46,892 bases of DNA from an uncultured Ruminococcus sp. (GTDB lineage: Bacteria; Bacillota; Clostridia; Oscillospirales; Acutalibacteraceae). A model generated the notes under the pieces. It was not told the origin of the DNA and did not search any database. It saw only the letters and a list, made by a program, of their open reading frames with translations. The stretch spans positions 1 through 46,892 of the forward strand of contig CAZUYL010000001.1 in NCBI GenBank assembly GCA_964624945.1, in the 5' to 3' direction. Numbering within the stretch: position 1 is the stretch's first letter; every line of letters starts with the position of its first letter. The translations under genes were made by a program, and so were the position numbers. Of the stretch, positions 46,821 through 46,892 are shown piece by piece.

Positions 46821-46892
46821 GCAGGTGTAGTTCAATGGCTAGAATTCCAGCCTTCCAAGCTGGCTATGTGGGTTCGATTCCCATCACCTGCT
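46821..46892 (+). tRNA. tRNA-Gly (anticodon UCC). The window ends at the discriminator base, so CCA status is unknown
   Basis: Acceptor gcaggtg/cacctgc. Anticodon arm ccagc-ctTCCaa-gctgg. T-arm gtggg-ttcgatt-cccat. Confidence 0.9.

Overview
46.9-kb chromosomal window from a low-GC Firmicute, probably a spore-forming member of the Clostridia. That placement is an inference from ylmC/ymxH, glgD, cohesin/dockerin modules and Bacillus-type yloC-to-cpgA gene order. I call about 47 protein genes, all but three on the minus strand, packed into long housekeeping operons with many overlapping stop/start codons. The operons are rimP-nusA-ylxR-ylxQ-infB-rbfA-nrnA-truB-ribF (followed by a lipoprotein gene and a DUF1015 gene), glgB-glgC-glgD-glgA-uppP, rpsB-tsf, and yicC-remA-gmk-rpoZ-priA-def-fmt-rsmB-rlmN-prpC-prkC-rsgA-comEC-holA-toprim-WYL. 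There are three tRNAs: Arg-CCG, Thr-CGU, and Gly-UCC at the window edge. Regulatory elements read from the sequence are a cobalamin riboswitch ahead of a DUF4430 lipoprotein plus ECF-S-like membrane protein, a CIRCE operator upstream of hsp20, several near-consensus sigma-A promoters, and many intrinsic terminators. Six places deserve a second look. (1) An ORF-free 600-bp stretch after tRNA-Arg holds a 21-nt duplication of the tRNA 3' end, a hairpin-rich insert, and an array of mini-hairpins each followed by an ATAT-core heptamer. (2) A terminator-containing structured leader of no class I recognise sits in front of an orphan Na+-decarboxylase beta subunit, which is followed by a 44-codon OadG-like ORF missing from the ORF track. 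(3) A membrane-anchored cohesin-like protein is co-operonic with a dockerin-bearing peptidoglycan hydrolase. (4) A WYL regulator is translationally coupled to a toprim protein at the end of the comEC-holA string. (5) A truncated XRE gene fragment lies next to tRNA-Thr. (6) comEC lacks the C-terminal metallo-beta-lactamase domain. No CRISPR array, transposase, integrase or recognisable defence system is visible. Everything rests on reading the sequence and recalling motifs; no database search was possible.
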